A DNA stretch of 64,000 nucleotides. Source: the human T2T-CHM13v2.0 reference genome, Homo sapiens. Where the stretch lies: the NCBI RefSeq assembly GCF_009914755.1, contig NC_060933.1; one strand, 5' to 3'. The notes beneath the pieces are model-generated. The model was not told the origin of the DNA. It was given only the letters and a program-made list of their open reading frames with translations, and ran no database searches. Positions 60,535 to 64,000 of the stretch are shown here, one piece after another (the stretch's first letter is position 1; each line of letters opens with the position of its first letter). The position numbers and the translations under genes were made by a program.

Positions 60535-61059
60535 TACTTCAAAACAGAAAAGTTCTTGATACCCTAACTACTCAACAAGGAAGAGCTTGTGCGCTTACTG
60601 GAGAAAGATGCTGTTTTTATGTCCATAAACAAGGAATTGTAAGCCCAGAATCTGGAGACCTAAAAGATAAAATCCAAGTATTCCACCTAATTGGGAAAGC
60701 CCAATCAGTTTATCCGTTAGTGGTTAAAACTTGACTCTGGGGGACCTTGGCTTTGGGGTATTTCTCAAACTCCTGGTATTACCCTCCTATTAGTCATATT
60801 GACAATATCCCCTGTACATTATATTCTTTCAAGAGGCTTACATGCTTGTCAGCAGCCACTAAATCATTGGATGATCTCCATGAGAATTGAAGGGCAGAAA
60901 CTATATGAACTCAAATCATAAGAAAATAACCTATGATAATTTCAGTATGCAATCTTTAGATGAGCGTGGGAGAAGAAAACAGTATGTGGTGACTGAGAGT
61001 AACATTTAATAGTTGGCCACACTCCCAGTTAACTGAGTGTGTGACCGAAGAGGGGAAAA

Positions 61060-61456
61060 TGTTAAAGATATACTTTTTAGAGGCCACAGTTTGATTATCC
61101 CCTTAAAACAGACATCGATAGCCACGAGTGAAAATTAAAACTGTCCTGATTCCCCTGTAATACTAGCTGTAACCATAAACACAATTTAAGCTTTCCCAGG
61201 TCAGCATGACCTTACAATTTCCAGCTAATTAGCTATCAATAGGTAAGCTTATAGAGCACAGCGGCTTGAAAAGATAAGTTTCAAGTAGCCCATCATGATA
61301 GGGAATAATGTTCTTTCTCATTCTCACTTAATAAACTGTGCTGTAACTGCTGTGGGCTGAGCTTCTTAATGCTTTCAGTTTGAAGTTCCCCAGATCATGG
61401 CCTGTATTTTAAAAACTTCTAAATTGTTCCAACTTGATCTGGTTTTATTTTTGTCA
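61060..61456 (+). mobile_element. 3' LTR of the provirus
   Basis: TG directly after the PPT, internal AATAAA (61330), ends ttgtCA. Confidence 0.75.
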
Positions 61457-61829
61457 AACTGAAAAGTACAGGTTAAAGCCAGGTTTAGGCACAAGGAAGC
61501 TGGACTCAAATGATGTCACAAAGACTTCATTTTTCTCCCCGTGTTGCTCAGTTCCGCTTTCCTCCATGTTGGCTTCCTTCAGTAGTAATTTAAGGCTTTT
61601 ATCATATCAACACTTGCAACCCCAATAGCTTAAGCAAAAGATCCGGTCACTTTGGTGACAGGGATTGGAACACGATTGTTTAGTCCTGGGTTATTATTTC
61701 TATCTCCGGGTACAGAGACTGAGGGTAGAAAAGCACTGGCCAAGGAAAAATCATGATGCAGTTACCAGGAGAAAGAGAAATCAATGGTGGGCATCCAAAG
61801 ACAACACATGCCCACTAACACACACCACT

Positions 61830-62340
61830 TGATCCGTGAAAAAGAGTAAGAAATTCTAATTCAACTCAAAAAGGTGTAATCTTAGGATCACTGAATGAAT
61901 GAAAATCGAATATCAAGTTATGAAATGTAGAGCTATAACTGCTTAACTACTCTTGTAGTTATTGTATACAGTACTTGACATTTTACTTTATAGGGGACAT
62001 TAAATACTCAAGAGAAGGCAAATGAGGTTGTCCTAAAAACATATGTAGAAAGATTTACAAAAAATAGTTGAAGAAACCAGGAAATGTCTGTTTTGGAGAA
62101 AAGAAGACTTAGGGGATACAGGATCCCTGTCTCCAAATATTTAAAGCCCTTACTTCTGACAGAGGATGTCCTCTGTGTGGCTCTAGAGGGTACAATCACA
62201 GGATCAGGCGGAAGACTTAGGTTGCAGATAAGAAACTGCCCTCTAACGATGAAGGCTGCCCAACAATAATCGGTTGACTCTTAAGTCTGGGAGGACTCCT
62301 TGTCATTAGAAATGTTCAAACAGGGTTTGGCTAATCAAAC
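61830..62340 (+). mobile_element. L3/CR1 3' portion
   Basis: ttggagaaaagaagacttagggg...tccaaatatttaaag...tccttgtcattagaaatgttcaaacagg (LEKRRLRG..KYLK). Confidence 0.75.
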
Positions 62341-62777
62341 TTCTGGAAGGCTATTGAAGTCTGCTGGGGATATTGTACAGTGGAATAGCATTTTACTTCA
62401 AAGTTAGGCTCTAAAGTCAGTAAGGCAAAAATCACATATGCCAAAATTGCCTTGAAAATTACCTGTGAAATACGGTATATGAATCACGGTTTTAGGACAT
62501 GTGATTTATATGCACAAATGTATTATATATTTAATAATGCACAATATAATAAAGAATGCAATTTTTTAAGCACTGGCATCACAGTGCTTAAAAACCTGTG
62601 AGAGGTTTTGTAGATGTGTAGGAACTAAATAAAGCAACCATTGCAATCATTGATTCAAGTATCCTATTTCACATTCACTTTGGGGCACACACTGATGGGG
62701 TATAATAGTAGGTGCATTGCTGTAAACACCTCACTCTTTGCTCTCACTAACAAGCATATTTAGTTGAATCATCCTAT

Positions 62778-63523
62778 TGTATAAGAAAGAATTTGACTAG
62801 CTTTTGTCCCTGGTTCCTGGGAGGGAGACTAAATCCTTAAGAGTTTCCCAATTAATAGCAGTGTCTTTGTTATTCATGAACCTCTTGGATCACATCTGAG
62901 TTTATGGTAAGAGATGAGATGACTCAGGATGGGGGTTGGTCACCAGAAAAATCTACTATATGAGGAGAGCTTTGGGACTTTGAGCCAGCCTGACCTCCAG
63001 GAAGGGTAGAGGGGCTAGAGATTGAGTCCATCCATGGTCAAGGATTCAATCAATCATGTCTACAGAGTGAGACCCCAACAAAAACTCTGGACATTGAGCT
63101 GAGTGGGGAAACTTCCTGGTTTTTGAGCCCATCAATGTGCCAGAGGGTGGTGCATGCTGGTTCTACAGGAATAGGACATGGAAGCTTTGCATTCAGGACG
63201 CTCCCAGACCTTGCCCTGTCATCTCTTTATTTGGCTGGTCCTGATTTATATCTTTTATAAAACTGTAATTGTATATACAGTGCTTTCCTGAGTTTTCTAA
63301 GTTGTTTTAGTGAATTATCAAACTTAAGGGTGTTGTGGGAATCTCTGAATTTGTAGCTAGTGGTCATAAGTGTGGGTGGGCTAGGGACCCCTGAAGTATG
63401 GCTGGCACTTGAAATAAAAGCAGTCTTGTTGGTGACTATGCCCTTAAACCTGTGAAGTCTGCCATCAACTCTGGGTGATTAGCATAGATATTGCTTGGCA
63501 GTACATCAGTTGGTGTCAGAGCA
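62778..63523 (+). mobile_element. MER21-like LTR
   Basis: tttgtccctggttcctgggag, tcaatcaatcatgtctac, cagtgctttcctgagtt, cagttggtgtcaga. Confidence 0.8.
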
Positions 63524-64000
63524 TGTCTTAAAGAAATAAGAAGGTGGCTGCACAGTACCTCCAAAGAGCCTTGTGATTCTAAGATTCTTTTAAGGCAAAG
63601 AACCAAACAAAATTAATACTTTTATTCTGGCCCATAGAGAAGTGATTAAGCAATTGTCTCTTTCACTATCTCGCTTTATGAGATGTGAGATCAAAAAAAT
63701 GCAAGAAAAATGGAATGTAGGAGTCTTTTAACTCATAAAATCTCAGCTTAAAGAAGCTAAGGTCTAATGATGGAACAACAGCTTGTCCACAGTGAGGCTA
63801 GGCCAGTTAGGAAGAGAAGGCAGAGCCCCTGTTTCTAAATCAGAATATGGCCTGGAAGACACCAATATTCTAATAACAAGATAAGCATGCCTACAGCCTA
63901 ATGGCTTAAGGGTTGCCAAGATATTTCTTTTCTTCTCTTTCGGAGAAATGTGAGTCAAAAATACCTGCTGCTAATATTAATGTAGAGGGAGGGGAAATCT

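Larger units (their letters stand above)
58700..60900 (+). pseudogene. ERV env pseudogene (gamma-type TM)
   Basis: GFFILCGNNTYKCFP; SSLASVV|LQNRKVLDTLTTQQGRACALTGERCCFY; hydrophobic TM remnant near 60770-60830. Confidence 0.85.

Noticed and set aside
58700-60900. Domesticated syncytin-like env gene
   Set aside because: Multiple stops, frameshifts, and Alu and MER6 insertions; no long ORF in this genome.

Overview
Primate (apparently human) genomic DNA. The only host coding sequence is the terminal exon of KCNV2 (Kv8.2, a silent photoreceptor K+ channel subunit) at 4181-4462, with its acceptor, 3'UTR and polyA signal. From recalled genome layout, the rest is the interval between KCNV2 and PUM3. 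It is dominated by transposable elements: about 20 Alus, MIR/L2/L3 fossils, hAT/Tigger/mariner relics, three large L1 fragments, a dense field of solo ERV1/MaLR LTRs (14-45 kb) and a decayed gamma-like provirus (gag-pro-pol-env-PPT-3'LTR, about 53.5-61.5 kb). Repeat subfamily names come from recalled consensus sequences and need RepeatMasker confirmation; TSDs and TIRs were read directly. I found no new intact protein-coding system. Best leads: a recursive-type splice site at the KCNV2 last exon, an L2-derived KCNV2 polyA signal, a candidate CRX/NRL enhancer just downstream, a ~95%-identical 188-bp templated copy of a MIR, a four-level nested LTR stack, and a probable large deletion junction near 48045.
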